DNA of 64,000 nucleotides from an uncultured Verrucomicrobiae bacterium (GTDB taxonomy: Bacteria; Verrucomicrobiota; Verrucomicrobiia; Limisphaerales; Palsa-1400): contig OY969763.1 in the NCBI GenBank assembly GCA_963702845.1, forward strand, positions 1,056,001 through 1,120,000, written 5' to 3'. Under the pieces are notes generated by a model. That model was not told where the DNA came from, ran no database searches, and saw nothing but the letters and a program-made list of their open reading frames with translations. Below are positions 1-9,935 of the stretch, piece after piece. A program made the translations under genes and the position numbers. Numbering within the stretch: the stretch's first letter is position 1; each line of letters opens with the position of its first letter.

Positions 1-1095
1 GAAGAGCCGGTCGGTGAAGAATCCAAGGTTCCGAAACTTTCGTTCGGCGGCGGTAATAAAATTTCGGCGCGCATTCTGGAAAATTTCACGCGTCTACTTT
101 CGAGTTTGCTCGCTGCCGGTGTCCCTTTAAGTCGCGCATTGGTCATTCTGCGCAAAGAAGCATCGACACCTCTCGCGGCGGAAAAATGGAAAGAAGTTCA
201 CGAATTGGTCATCGACGGTATGTCGCTGGCCGACGCCATGGGCCGGTCGCCTGATGTGTTTCCGCGAGTCTACGTGGCGATGGTGCAAGCGGGTGAGACG
301 GGGGGGTTCCTGGACCTCGTCCTTGCGCAGATTGCCGATTTTCAGTCGCGCGACAAGGAGCTGCGCGGGAAGGTGCTCGCCGCGTTAACGTATCCCATCA
401 TTCTCGTTCTCTTGTCGATTGTAGTGATTATCGTCCTGCTCGTCGTCTTCATTCCAAATTTCATGCCGGTATTCTCGAGTTTCGGTGGTGAACTTCCGTT
501 GCTCACAAAAATGATTTTAGCGGTAAGCAATGCGGTGCGGCATTACGGGTTGTTTGTCGGGGTGGGAATCGTCATGGCGGTGCTCCTCATTCGCAACTGG
601 TTCGTTTCGGAGAAAGGGCGCAGAACGTGGGAGGCAATGATCTTGCGCGCGCCCGTTGTTGGAAAACTTTCCGCGCAATTCGCCATGGCTCGGTTTTGTC
701 GAATGCTTGGGACATTGCTCGCTGCTGGCGTGCCGCTCGTGCAGTCGCTGAACGTCGCGCGCAAATCGATCGGCAATCAGGTGCTGGTTGATGCCGTTTC
801 CAATGCGATCGAACGCGTCAAGGAAGGCGGACAGCTTGCGCATAGTTTGAGCGATTGCCGCTATTTGTTTCCGGGCTCGGCATTGGAAATGATTTCCGTC
901 GCGGAAGAGAGCGGCAAACTCGACCAGGAATTGGTGCGTCTTGCAAACGTCACCGAGTCTGATCTTGATCGTAATATGAAAACGGCCGTTTCGCTCGTTG
1001 AGCCGCTTCTGCTGTTTTGTGTCGCAGCCCTGGTTGGGACCATCGTCATCGGAATGGTCGTTCCGATTTTCTCACTTCAACAATACATCAAATGA
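1..1095 (+). CDS. gspF: Type II secretion system F family inner-membrane platform protein (5'-partial)
   Basis: Two GspF repeats (LLAAGVPL...AGETGGFLD; LLAAGVPL...VAEESGKLD) with TM helices; frame open from the window edge; ATGA overlap with gspG. Confidence 0.93.
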   Translation, partial: EEPVGEESKVPKLSFGGGNKISARILENFTRLLSSLLAAGVPLSRALVILRKEASTPLAAEKWKEVHELVIDGMSLADAMGRSPDVFPRVYVAMVQAGETGGFLDLVLAQIADFQSRDKELRGKVLAALTYPIILVLLSIVVIIVLLVVFIPNFMPVFSSFGGELPLLTKMILAVSNAVRHYGLFVGVGIVMAVLLIRNWFVSEKGRRTWEAMILRAPVVGKLSAQFAMARFCRMLGTLLAAGVPLVQSLNVARKSIGNQVLVDAVSNAIERVKEGGQLAHSLSDCRYLFPGSALEMISVAEESGKLDQELVRLANVTESDLDRNMKTAVSLVEPLLLFCVAALVGTIVIGMVVPIFSLQQYIK

Positions 1096-1562
1096 AAATG
1101 CCAAACTTCAAACTCCAAAGTCTAAAGAAGCGTCAAACCTCAAAGAGCAAACTTCAAGCGCGTGGGTTCACGCTCATTGAACTGATGCTCGTTCTCGTTA
1201 TCTTGAGCATCCTTGCCGCCATCGTTGTCCCGAAGTTTTCAGGACGCACCGAACAGGCGCGCCAGACGGCCGCTCAGACTCAGATTTCGAGCTTCGGAAC
1301 AGCGCTCGATGCTTTCGAAGTCGATAATGGGTATTATCCCAAAGGTCGAAACGGTTTACAGGATCTGGTGCAGCAACCGCGCGAGGCTCAGAACTGGAAG
1401 GGACCTTACGTGAAGGACATCCCGAATGATCCGTGGCAACACCCGTACATTTATGAATGCCCCGGCAAGCACAATCCGTCGTCCTACGATTTGTCCTCGG
1501 CCGGCCCGGACGGTCGCACGGGCAGTGAAGACGACACCACCAATTGGCAGAATAAGAAGTAA
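1092..1562 (+). CDS. gspG: Type II secretion major pseudopilin GspG
   Basis: G|FTLIELMLV prepilin motif; 'WKGPY..IPNDPWQHPYIY..PG...YDLSSAGPDG' GspG C-domain; ATG at 1092 overlaps gspF stop. Confidence 0.95.
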   Translation: MKMPNFKLQSLKKRQTSKSKLQARGFTLIELMLVLVILSILAAIVVPKFSGRTEQARQTAAQTQISSFGTALDAFEVDNGYYPKGRNGLQDLVQQPREAQNWKGPYVKDIPNDPWQHPYIYECPGKHNPSSYDLSSAGPDGRTGSEDDTTNWQNKK

Positions 1563-1586
1563 TTGAAATTCGGAAACACAACGCGC

Positions 1587-2099
1587 ATGAACGGCAACGG
1601 TGCATTCACCTTCATCGAGTTAATCCTCGTGATGGTGCTTATGGCCGTCGTGCTCAGCCTTGTGTTCCCGTCGCTCAAAGGTTTTTTCCGCGCCCGTAAT
1701 CTCGATTCTGAAGCGCAGCGGTTTTTGGCCCTGACGCGTTATGGGCAGAGTCGGGCTATTTCCGAAGGTGTGCCGATCATTTTATGGATGGATCCGCAGG
1801 CGAAGTCGTATGGGCTAGAGGTGCAGGCCGGCTATGGCGTTAATGATACGAAGCAGCGGCAGTTTCGCCTCGATGAATCGTTGCAATTGCAGGCGCAGAT
1901 TCCAGTCGCGGGTTTAATGACTCAGTCCAATTTGTGGACGCAAGTTCGCAGAACGACGATTCGTCCGGAGATTCGTTTTCTGCCCGACGGATCGATCAGC
2001 GAGACCAGCCCCGACCGTATTTTAATCACCCAAGATAAAGACGACGCGTTGTCGATCACTGAGACAACGAACCATTTGCGGTATGAAATTCACCACTAA
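1587..2099 (+). CDS. Minor pseudopilin, GspH/FimT-like
   Basis: A|FTFIELILV N-methylation motif, 'RYGQSRAISEG', 'IRFLPDGS'; start may be 1563 (TTG) or 1587 (ATG). Confidence 0.8.
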   Translation: MNGNGAFTFIELILVMVLMAVVLSLVFPSLKGFFRARNLDSEAQRFLALTRYGQSRAISEGVPIILWMDPQAKSYGLEVQAGYGVNDTKQRQFRLDESLQLQAQIPVAGLMTQSNLWTQVRRTTIRPEIRFLPDGSISETSPDRILITQDKDDALSITETTNHLRYEIHH

Positions 2100-2472
2100 T
2101 AAACGGTCGAAAGCTGCACGATCCGCCTTCACGTTGATGGAGGTGCTGGCCGCGTTGTTGTTCATGGCAATTGTCATTCCGGTCGCGATTGAAGGCATTC
2201 GCATCGCGAGCCTCGCGGGTGAAGTTGGGCAGCGCAAAAAAATCGCTGCACGCATCGGCCAGAGCGCACTCGATGAAATGCGTTCCAACACTCAAACGCA
2301 GAACTCTGTTTCCAGCGGTCAGGTGCAGCAAGGCGCGCTGACTTATCAATATACGATTCGCACTGAGACGTGGCCCGAAGACGCAATGCGTTTAGCGACG
2401 GTCGATGTCGCATTTGCGGTGCAGGGCAGGAATTACGACGTGCAATTAAGCACGTTACTGGCGCAACAATGA
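2083..2472 (+). CDS. Minor pseudopilin, GspI/PilV-like
   Basis: A|FTLMEVLAAL motif, 129 aa, position in the operon. Confidence 0.8.
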   Translation: MKFTTNKRSKAARSAFTLMEVLAALLFMAIVIPVAIEGIRIASLAGEVGQRKKIAARIGQSALDEMRSNTQTQNSVSSGQVQQGALTYQYTIRTETWPEDAMRLATVDVAFAVQGRNYDVQLSTLLAQQ

Positions 2473-3101
2473 TTACGAGCAGCACAGTTGATTCGCGAAA
2501 GGCTTTCACCTTGTTGGAAGTCCTCATCGCTATTGCTGTTTCTGCCATTGTGCTAGCCGCGATCAACATGGTTTTCTACAGCGCTTTGCGCCTGCGCAAT
2601 CGGACGATGGCATCTTTGGACGAATCCGCGCCGATTGATCACGCTCTTGCTACAATCCGCCGTGACCTGGCGAACATCGTCGCGCCGAGCCGCACAAATT
2701 TTCCATTGCAGAGCACGATCATAAGCCAATCGCAGTTCGGTCAGATCACTCCTGATTTATATACTGCCACTGGCCAAATTGACGGACTGTCCCCTTGGGG
2801 AGATGTGCAAAAAATTTCGTACGGTCTCGCGCCTTCAGCCGACGGCATGTCACGCGATCTGATTCGAATCGTATCTCACAACCTTCTCGCCACGACAACC
2901 GAGATGCCGGAACAACAATGGCTCCTCGGCGGCGTTAGAAATATCGCTTTGCATTATTTCGACGGAGCGCAATGGGCTGATGTTTGGGACACAACCACCC
3001 AATCCAATTTACCGACGGCAATTAAAGTGGATCTGGATCTGACGAACAACTTGATGCACATGGTCGTCGCATTGGACACACAAGTGAGAACGAATCAATG
3101 A
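2469..3101 (+). CDS. gspJ: Minor pseudopilin GspJ
   Basis: A|FTLLEVLIAI motif; 'YFDGAQWADVWD...LPTAIKV' GspJ-type C-terminus; ATGA overlap at 2469. Confidence 0.82.
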   Translation: MITSSTVDSRKAFTLLEVLIAIAVSAIVLAAINMVFYSALRLRNRTMASLDESAPIDHALATIRRDLANIVAPSRTNFPLQSTIISQSQFGQITPDLYTATGQIDGLSPWGDVQKISYGLAPSADGMSRDLIRIVSHNLLATTTEMPEQQWLLGGVRNIALHYFDGAQWADVWDTTTQSNLPTAIKVDLDLTNNLMHMVVALDTQVRTNQ

Positions 3102-4432
3102 ACCTGCGCGTGTCCAATTTAGAAACCGGTTCGGTGCTCATCATCGTGCTTTGGATTGCGATTGGTCTTGTCTCGATCGCGCTCTACTTCGGGCACGCGA
3201 TGTCTTCTGAATTGCAGGCGTCTGCGAACACGGTGGCTGCGACCGAAGCCGAGATGGCAATCGAAGGCGCCGCTCGTTACGTCAGCAACGTCCTCGCGAA
3301 CGCGCAGCCCGGCTACATGCCACAAAACCTGCATTGCACGAATATCGCCATCGGCAACGCGCGGTTTTGGATAATCGGACGCGCAACCAACGACACGCAG
3401 ACGACATTGCAAGAACCGACGTGGGGCTTGGTCGATGAAGCGTCGAAGATCAATATCAACGCGACGAACATCACCTATAACGTTCTGACCAACGTGCCCA
3501 ATCTGACATCTGACCTCGCCGATGCCATTGTCGATTGGCGCAGTTCGACGTCATCGAACACTTCGATTTCGGCGAATTACTCGATGATGCAAACTTCGTC
3601 GTACACCTCCAAACACGCGCCGTTCAATACGGTTGATGAATTGCGTTTGATTTCGGGAATGGACCTTGCAACGTTGTATGGAGAAGACGCAAACCTCAAC
3701 GGGTTTTTGGATCCCAACGAAGATGATGCGGACAATCTACCGCCGAGCGATAATCACGACGGTCACCTTGACTCCGGGTTGCTGGAATTTTTAACGGTCT
3801 ACAGCCGTGAACCGAACACGGACACAAATGGTGACGTTCGTGTCAACATCAGAGACCGCGCGCAACAAACCAGGTTGCGCACATTGCTGCAGCAGCAAAG
3901 CATCCCGCAGAGCAAAATTAACTCGATGTTGTCGTGGGGACTGCAATCGAGTAACGTGCTCGAGTTCTACATTCGAAACGTGAACGTCAATCAATTGAGC
4001 GAAATGGATTTCGCTGCAATTGAGCCAAGTATTTCCGCCACCAGTAGCAATTTTCTTTACGGCTTGGTCAACATCAATACCGCGAGCGAGCAAGTGCTTG
4101 CCTGCATTCCGGGAATTGGATCAAACAACGCGCCCGCGATTGTTTCTTATCGCGAAAATAATCCGAGTCGAATCAATAGCATTGCGTGGCTTGCGCAAGC
4201 AATGAGCATCACGCCGACGACCGCGCGGACAATCGGGCAATACATCACCAGCCGTTCGTATCAGTTTACCGCCGACATCGCCGCGGTCGGTTCCTATGGC
4301 CGTGGATATCGGCGCGTGAAATTCGTTTTCGACACCAGTGAAGGCATGCCAAAAATTATTTATCGCCAGGACCTGACCCATCTCGGTTGGGCGCTCGGTC
4401 CGCAGGCGAGGGAGGTAACTTCGATCTTATGA
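3098..4432 (+). CDS. gspK: General secretion pathway protein GspK
   Basis: G|SVLIIVLW N-terminus, 'DEASKININ', 'ADAIVDWR', 'PFNTVDELRLISG', 'VNINTAS..VLACIPGIG'. Confidence 0.9.
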   Translation: MNLRVSNLETGSVLIIVLWIAIGLVSIALYFGHAMSSELQASANTVAATEAEMAIEGAARYVSNVLANAQPGYMPQNLHCTNIAIGNARFWIIGRATNDTQTTLQEPTWGLVDEASKININATNITYNVLTNVPNLTSDLADAIVDWRSSTSSNTSISANYSMMQTSSYTSKHAPFNTVDELRLISGMDLATLYGEDANLNGFLDPNEDDADNLPPSDNHDGHLDSGLLEFLTVYSREPNTDTNGDVRVNIRDRAQQTRLRTLLQQQSIPQSKINSMLSWGLQSSNVLEFYIRNVNVNQLSEMDFAAIEPSISATSSNFLYGLVNINTASEQVLACIPGIGSNNAPAIVSYRENNPSRINSIAWLAQAMSITPTTARTIGQYITSRSYQFTADIAAVGSYGRGYRRVKFVFDTSEGMPKIIYRQDLTHLGWALGPQAREVTSIL

Positions 4433-5853
4433 TTTCTTTCAAACCACAACGCCTCACATCAGTTTTAGGATTGGCGTTCGACGGCAGCCAAATCGAAGGC
4501 GTCGTCCTGCGCCGCACCAATGGTCACGTGGCCGTTCGTCAGACATTTTCGGCGGCACTGACGCTTGATCCCTTAACTGCGGACACAGAATTGGTTGGTC
4601 GCGAACTGCGCAATCACCTCGACAAAAACGAAATTCGTGAACGGCGATGTGTTGTTTGCCTGCCACTGAATTGGGTGGTGTCGCTTCACGTGAAGCTCCC
4701 GGATTTGCCGGAAGCGGACATCCCGAGTTTTCTGCAGATTGAAGCCGAGCGTGGGTTTCATGCCTCGCCCGAGTCTCTCGCGATTGTAAGTTCACGATTC
4801 ACCGCATCCGATGGCGAAAAATTCGCTACGATCATGGCGGTGTCGAGGCAGAACCTTGATCAACTGGAAACGGCGTTACGCGCGGCGCAGTTGAAACCGG
4901 TGAGTTTCTCGATTGGAACCGCGGCGCTGCAACCGGTGGGCAAGAGCGGCATCGCTTTATTGCCGGGCATCGGCAACGCTGGATTGCAGGTCAATTGCGA
5001 CGGCGGCATTGCGGCGCTACGCACGATTGACGGCATCATGGAAACCGAAGGCGCGCAAAAGCGTCTCTTCGCAGACTTACTCGCGCGCGAAATTCGCATC
5101 ACCCTCGGCCAATTGCCCGAGGCCGTTCGCAACGATCTCAAAGTCGTGCGCGTTTTTGGTAAATCGGAACTCGCCCAACGCATGGCTGCGGACATCACAC
5201 CGCGTTTGGCTGCGATGAATCTGCAAGTCGAACGCGTCGACCGCGCCGCCACGGAAAGCTGGGGTAAGGTTCTGCCGCCTGAGGCGGCTGCCTCGCCGGC
5301 GATGGCGTTAGGTGCGCGCTACCTAATGGAGCACGCGGCGCCGTTCGAGTTCATGCCGGCAAAAGTGAGCGCTCTCGAGCAACTCGCTAATCGTCTCAAG
5401 GGAGGCAAACTCGGCACGGTCGGTGCAACCGCCGGCGCTGTTGTGGTGATTGGAGTTCTCGCTGTTGCGGTCCACATGGCGATCGCGGCGCATTACGAAT
5501 CGCGCTGGTCTGCGATGGAGCCGAAGGTGAAAGATCTTCAGGAAATCCAAGACAATATCAAAAAGTACCGGCCATGGTTTGACGATTCCTGTCGCAGCCT
5601 GGTTGTCCTTCGCAAGCTGACGGAATCGTTTCCCGAAGACGGCGTTGTTTCGGCGAAGACCGTCGAAATCCGCGATCAGTCCACTGTCACGTGCTCGGGA
5701 ACAGCGCGCGACAAACAATCCTTTATCAAAATGTTCGATAAACTCAGCGCCTCGCAAGGTATCTCTGACTTGACGATCGACCAGGTGCAGGGCGAAGGAC
5801 CGGTCCAATTTACCCTTAACTTTCAATGGGACGGAGGTGCTCGTGCAAATTAA
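4429..5853 (+). CDS. GspL-like protein (PilM actin-like cytoplasmic domain + TM + PilN-like periplasmic domain)
   Basis: 'VLGLAFDG' PilM-like start, single TM near residue 340, ferredoxin-like C-domain ('VTCSGTA'); ATGA overlap. Confidence 0.7.
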   Translation: MISFKPQRLTSVLGLAFDGSQIEGVVLRRTNGHVAVRQTFSAALTLDPLTADTELVGRELRNHLDKNEIRERRCVVCLPLNWVVSLHVKLPDLPEADIPSFLQIEAERGFHASPESLAIVSSRFTASDGEKFATIMAVSRQNLDQLETALRAAQLKPVSFSIGTAALQPVGKSGIALLPGIGNAGLQVNCDGGIAALRTIDGIMETEGAQKRLFADLLAREIRITLGQLPEAVRNDLKVVRVFGKSELAQRMAADITPRLAAMNLQVERVDRAATESWGKVLPPEAAASPAMALGARYLMEHAAPFEFMPAKVSALEQLANRLKGGKLGTVGATAGAVVVIGVLAVAVHMAIAAHYESRWSAMEPKVKDLQEIQDNIKKYRPWFDDSCRSLVVLRKLTESFPEDGVVSAKTVEIRDQSTVTCSGTARDKQSFIKMFDKLSASQGISDLTIDQVQGEGPVQFTLNFQWDGGARAN

Positions 5854-6370
5854 GAACCGCCAACAAATCCTGATTTTCGTTGCCCTCGGCGCGCTGCTGT
5901 TTTTCGTCGGCGACCATTTAGTCTTAACGCCGTTGGTCAGCGGCTGGCAAACGCGCACCAAACGCATCGCTGAACTGAAGCAATTTATAAAACAGGGTGA
6001 AATGCTGCAGGATCGCGAGCAAAACATTCGCAGTCATTGGAGCCAAATGCGGACGAATACGTTGTCCTCTAATGCGTCAGTCGCTCAAAGTGAAATCTTC
6101 AAAGCGTTCGATAGCTGGTCGCAAGACAGCCGGATGAAAGTTGGCTCGATCAAACCGCAATGGAAGCATAACGACGAGTATACGATCCTCGAATGCCGCG
6201 TTAATGCGACCGGTGATATTCAGTCCCTTTCCAAATTCATTTACGACGCCGAAAAAGACCCGCTCGCCGTGAAGGTGGAATCGGTCGAGATCACGTCACG
6301 CGACAATAACGGCCAACAATTGAGCCTGGTGCTGCAAGTCAGCGGCTTGGTTTTGAATCAGACGCAATGA
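5843..6370 (+). CDS. GspM/PilO-like protein
   Basis: N-terminal TM, coiled coil and PilO-like C-domain; GGAGG RBS before GTG 5843. Confidence 0.68.
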   Translation: MQIKNRQQILIFVALGALLFFVGDHLVLTPLVSGWQTRTKRIAELKQFIKQGEMLQDREQNIRSHWSQMRTNTLSSNASVAQSEIFKAFDSWSQDSRMKVGSIKPQWKHNDEYTILECRVNATGDIQSLSKFIYDAEKDPLAVKVESVEITSRDNNGQQLSLVLQVSGLVLNQTQ

Positions 6371-7041
6371 CCAACAAGTTTAAAATTCCAGGTGTAAGGT
6401 TCAAAGTGCCGCTGCTTGTTTGCGGTTTTGGACTTCTTTTGGTTAGTGCACAAGCGGCGACGACGAATTCAGTCCAGACGACGAACTCGCCCACAGTGGT
6501 AGCCACTGCCAACACCAACACCGGAACGACTTTCCCATCGTTCAAAATTATCGCAGAGCGAAATATTTTCAGCGCAAACCGCTCCGGTCGCGTGTCTCGT
6601 GGCCCCACGACAAAGCCGACCAAAGTGGATACATTCACGCTCGTCGGAGTCGTCGACTATTCCAAGGGGATGTTCGCAATTTTCGACGGATCGAGCAGCG
6701 AATTGCGAAAAACATTGAAGATCGGCGATTCCCTCGCGGGCTTCACAATTACCGATGTCGACCTCGACCATGTCACTATCGCTAACACCAACGGTGCAGA
6801 CACGGTGTTGCATGTCGGCTCGCAGATGCGCCGGTTGGACGAGGGACCCTGGGCTCTCGGATCTGGTCCTGCGCCTCAAATCGCTAAAGCAAATAATTTA
6901 ACTTACGAAGCGGCCGATGCCGTACTGAGCGAGGACAAATCTGACAATACGAACGAAGCACCGCCGAGTGCGGAGGCAAACGATGTTCTCAAGAAACTTA
7001 TGCAAAAACGCAAAGCGGAGGTAAAAAATGAATCCGAATAA
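6367..7041 (+). CDS. Exported protein, probable GspC-like secretin-coupling component
   Basis: Hydrophobic N-terminus; 'RNIF..', 'TLVGVV...FAIFDG', 'LKIGDSLAGFTITDV' resemble the GspC/PilP HR domain; lies directly before the secretin. Confidence 0.55.
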   Translation: MTNKFKIPGVRFKVPLLVCGFGLLLVSAQAATTNSVQTTNSPTVVATANTNTGTTFPSFKIIAERNIFSANRSGRVSRGPTTKPTKVDTFTLVGVVDYSKGMFAIFDGSSSELRKTLKIGDSLAGFTITDVDLDHVTIANTNGADTVLHVGSQMRRLDEGPWALGSGPAPQIAKANNLTYEAADAVLSEDKSDNTNEAPPSAEANDVLKKLMQKRKAEVKNESE

Positions 7042-8590
7042 ATTCCTTATCATCATTTCCATTTTCGCCAGCACTCTGCTGTTGCGCGCCGACGATCAAC
7101 CAGCACCGGATAACCCGGCCGACGCACCGAAAGCAGACGCTGCAGCTGCCAAGCCGGACGCGAAGCCCGCGCCCGCCAAAACGGCCCCTGCGCGAAAACC
7201 AGCTCAACCACCGCAACTCACGGTGACGAGCGAAACTGATCGCGGTCTGCGCTTTAATTTCCGCGGCGTGCCGCTGGAAACGGTGCTGAACTACCTCAGC
7301 GATGCGGCCGGTTTCATCATTATTCCCGAGGCGGACCTGAAGGGAAAAGTCGACATCATCAGCACGCAGCCACTGAACAAGCAGGAAGCCGTCGATTTGC
7401 TCAACACCATTGTGAGTAAGAACGGTCTCGCCGCCATTCGGAATGGTCGCACACTGACCATCATCACGACCGATGAAGCGAAGAAGCGCGACATCCCTGT
7501 CATGAGCGGGTCCGAGCCTGACGACATTCCCAAGACCGACAATATCGTGACGCAGATTTTGCCGATGCACACGCTCAACGCGACGCAGTTAGCGAAAGAC
7601 CTTGGTTCGGTCGTCCCCTCATCGGCAACGCTCACTGCCAATGAAGCCGGCAACGCCCTCGTCATGACCGGCACACAAACGCAGATTCATCGTGTTGCGG
7701 AAATCATCAAGGCTCTGGATTCATCCAGTATTTCGTCAGTGCGCGTTTTCTCCCTGCGCTATGCCGATTCCAAAACGCTGGCCACCGTTATTAAAGATGT
7801 TTTCAGTTCTCCTGCTGAATCTTCCCGCGACGCCGTGCGTTCCTATTTCCGTATGCGTTTTGGAGGCGGAGGAGAGGAAGGCGGAGACAGCGGCAGGGGT
7901 TCGCGCGAATCAAGTTCAAGCGGGCGTGGCAGCAGCGGCGGCGGGAGCAAGGTCACTGCTGTCGCTGACGACTACAGTAATTCTGTTATCGTCAGCGCCC
8001 CGGAAGATCTAATGAGCACGATCGAAAAAGTCGTGAAGGAAGTGGATCAACCAGTCGAAGACGTCAGCAGCGTGCGCGTGTTCCGTTTGAAATTTGCCGA
8101 TGCCGGCGAAATGGCGGATCTGCTGAACAGCCTGTTTGGCGATGAAAGCAAAACCGACGAAAATAATCGCCCACGGTTTTCGTTCTTTACTCCTCCACAA
8201 TCAAGTTCGTCGTCCACTGCGAACGAAAGTTCGCGTGCGAAAAAGCAAGCTCGCGTTAGTGCCGTTGCAGATCGTCGCACCGGCTCAGTCGTTGTCACTG
8301 CCTCTAAACCAATGCTCGAGCAGATCGCGGAAATGATTAAAAACCTCGATGCAGACCCCGCGCGAAAGCAACAGGTCTACGTCTATTCGTTGGAAAACGC
8401 CGACGTCCAACAGGTCGAAGGTGTGTTGCATGACCTATTCCAAACCACCACGACTGCCAGCCAGCGCAGCACGCAACAACAAAACAGCGATGCTTTGACC
8501 CAACGTCAAACCAGCGCCGCTCAACAAACCACCACCGGATCGACCTTTAGCATCGGCACCGGCAACAACAGCGCTTTGCGCGGCCAATAA
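7028..8590 (+). CDS. Secretin N-terminal part (N0 + NolW-like N domains, no barrel)
   Basis: Signal peptide; 'LRFNFRGVPLETVL' N0; three complete 'V..L.yAd...D..N.v.v' N repeats plus a half repeat; no secretin core. Confidence 0.88.
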   Translation: MNPNKFLIIISIFASTLLLRADDQPAPDNPADAPKADAAAAKPDAKPAPAKTAPARKPAQPPQLTVTSETDRGLRFNFRGVPLETVLNYLSDAAGFIIIPEADLKGKVDIISTQPLNKQEAVDLLNTIVSKNGLAAIRNGRTLTIITTDEAKKRDIPVMSGSEPDDIPKTDNIVTQILPMHTLNATQLAKDLGSVVPSSATLTANEAGNALVMTGTQTQIHRVAEIIKALDSSSISSVRVFSLRYADSKTLATVIKDVFSSPAESSRDAVRSYFRMRFGGGGEEGGDSGRGSRESSSSGRGSSGGGSKVTAVADDYSNSVIVSAPEDLMSTIEKVVKEVDQPVEDVSSVRVFRLKFADAGEMADLLNSLFGDESKTDENNRPRFSFFTPPQSSSSSTANESSRAKKQARVSAVADRRTGSVVVTASKPMLEQIAEMIKNLDADPARKQQVYVYSLENADVQQVEGVLHDLFQTTTTASQRSTQQQNSDALTQRQTSAAQQTTTGSTFSIGTGNNSALRGQ

Positions 8591-8607
8591 TTAGAAAGAA
8601 AACCAAT

Positions 8608-9921
8608 ATGACCCCAAAACTGACCTTTCGTTTCTGGTTCATCCTGGCCGTGTGTTGCGCGACTGCCCCCGCCTTGTTCGCGCAACGTTCCAGCGGTTCC
8701 TCCGGTTCTTCCGGCTCCTCTGGTTACGGCGGATTCCGCGGTGGATCTTCCGGAAGTTCGTCAAGTTCCGGCTCCGGCGGTAGAACTACCACCGGCACGC
8801 GCGATTATCCGAACAGCACGATGATTGGCGACGCGCTGATCACCAGTGACCCGGAAACACGACGTCTCATCGTCATCACCGACGAACAAACGCACGAACA
8901 CATCAGCCAAGTCATTTCGAATCTCGACCGCCCCAAGCCGCAGGTGTTGATCAAAGTCGTGTTCGCCGAAGTCACCTATAATAACCAGCTCGATATCGGC
9001 CTTGAAGGAGGCTTTATCCACAACACCGGCTCGTTTTTGGGCGCGGTGACCAACTTCAATATTTTGAGTAATGGCACGCAAGTCCCGATTGTGTCGCAGC
9101 AGCCGGTCAACTCGGTTTTGGGCGGTTCGACGAGTTTTGGTTTGGCGCAATCGACCGGCATTCCCGGCGGCGCTTTTGCCACACTCACAGGACAGGATTA
9201 CATCGTCACGCTCAAAGCGGCTGCTCAACATGGTAAAGTGGAAATCCTTTCCCGGCCCTCGATTCTCGCGCGCAACAATCAAAAGGCGAGTATCGTCGTC
9301 GGCCAGGAAGTGCCACTGATTACTGGTGTGAATTACGACAGCTTCGGCAATCAGCGAAACGCCATCACCTACCAAAACGTTGGTATCATTTTGGACGTCA
9401 CGCCGTTCATCACGCCAGATGGCATGGTCGAAATGATTCTCAAACCGCAAATTTCATCGGTTGATCCCAATTCAACTGTTCAGATTGCCGGGGCGACGAC
9501 TAACAGCGGGGCCATCAATGCGCCTGTGATCGATATCCGCGCCGCGGACACTGTCGTCGTAACGCCCGACGGCAACACGGTTGTTATCGGTGGTCTCATG
9601 CAGAATAACAGGGCCAGCACGATTACGAAGGTTCCGCTGCTGGGCGACATCCCCGTCCTGGGAGCGCTGTTCAAACATAAAGTGACGTCAGATACCAAAA
9701 CAGAGTTGCTTATATTCCTGACCCCATATGTCGTGCAGACGCCGCACCAACTCGCGTTGATGTCCACGAGTGAAACGAGCCGCTTGCAACTTGCTCCGGA
9801 AGCGTTTAGTGAAAAGGAACTCAACCAATTCCTGGACAACGTTCAGCTCCATAGGAAGAAGGACGCCAAGGGAGCCCGACCGACCGGGTCGAATTCGAAC
9901 TCCCCTAAGAATCAGGATTAA
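8608..9921 (+). CDS. gspD: Secretin C-terminal part (GspD barrel domain) with its own signal peptide
   Basis: 'PQVLIKVVFAEV', 'ILSRPSILARNNQKASIVVGQEVP', 'KVPLLGDIPVLGALF', 'TELLIFLTPYVV'. Confidence 0.92.
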   Translation: MTPKLTFRFWFILAVCCATAPALFAQRSSGSSGSSGSSGYGGFRGGSSGSSSSSGSGGRTTTGTRDYPNSTMIGDALITSDPETRRLIVITDEQTHEHISQVISNLDRPKPQVLIKVVFAEVTYNNQLDIGLEGGFIHNTGSFLGAVTNFNILSNGTQVPIVSQQPVNSVLGGSTSFGLAQSTGIPGGAFATLTGQDYIVTLKAAAQHGKVEILSRPSILARNNQKASIVVGQEVPLITGVNYDSFGNQRNAITYQNVGIILDVTPFITPDGMVEMILKPQISSVDPNSTVQIAGATTNSGAINAPVIDIRAADTVVVTPDGNTVVIGGLMQNNRASTITKVPLLGDIPVLGALFKHKVTSDTKTELLIFLTPYVVQTPHQLALMSTSETSRLQLAPEAFSEKELNQFLDNVQLHRKKDAKGARPTGSNSNSPKNQD

Positions 9922-9935
9922 CGTATTAGTAAGCA

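Noticed and set aside
1587..3101. Ala instead of Gly at -1 of the prepilin cleavage sites
   Set aside because: Tolerated variant of the class III signal, also seen at 61923; not unusual for this group
8560..8700. Secretin split as a sequencing frameshift
   Set aside because: The second ORF has its own hydrophobic signal peptide and A-rich initiation region, and the surrounding 15 kb has no other indels
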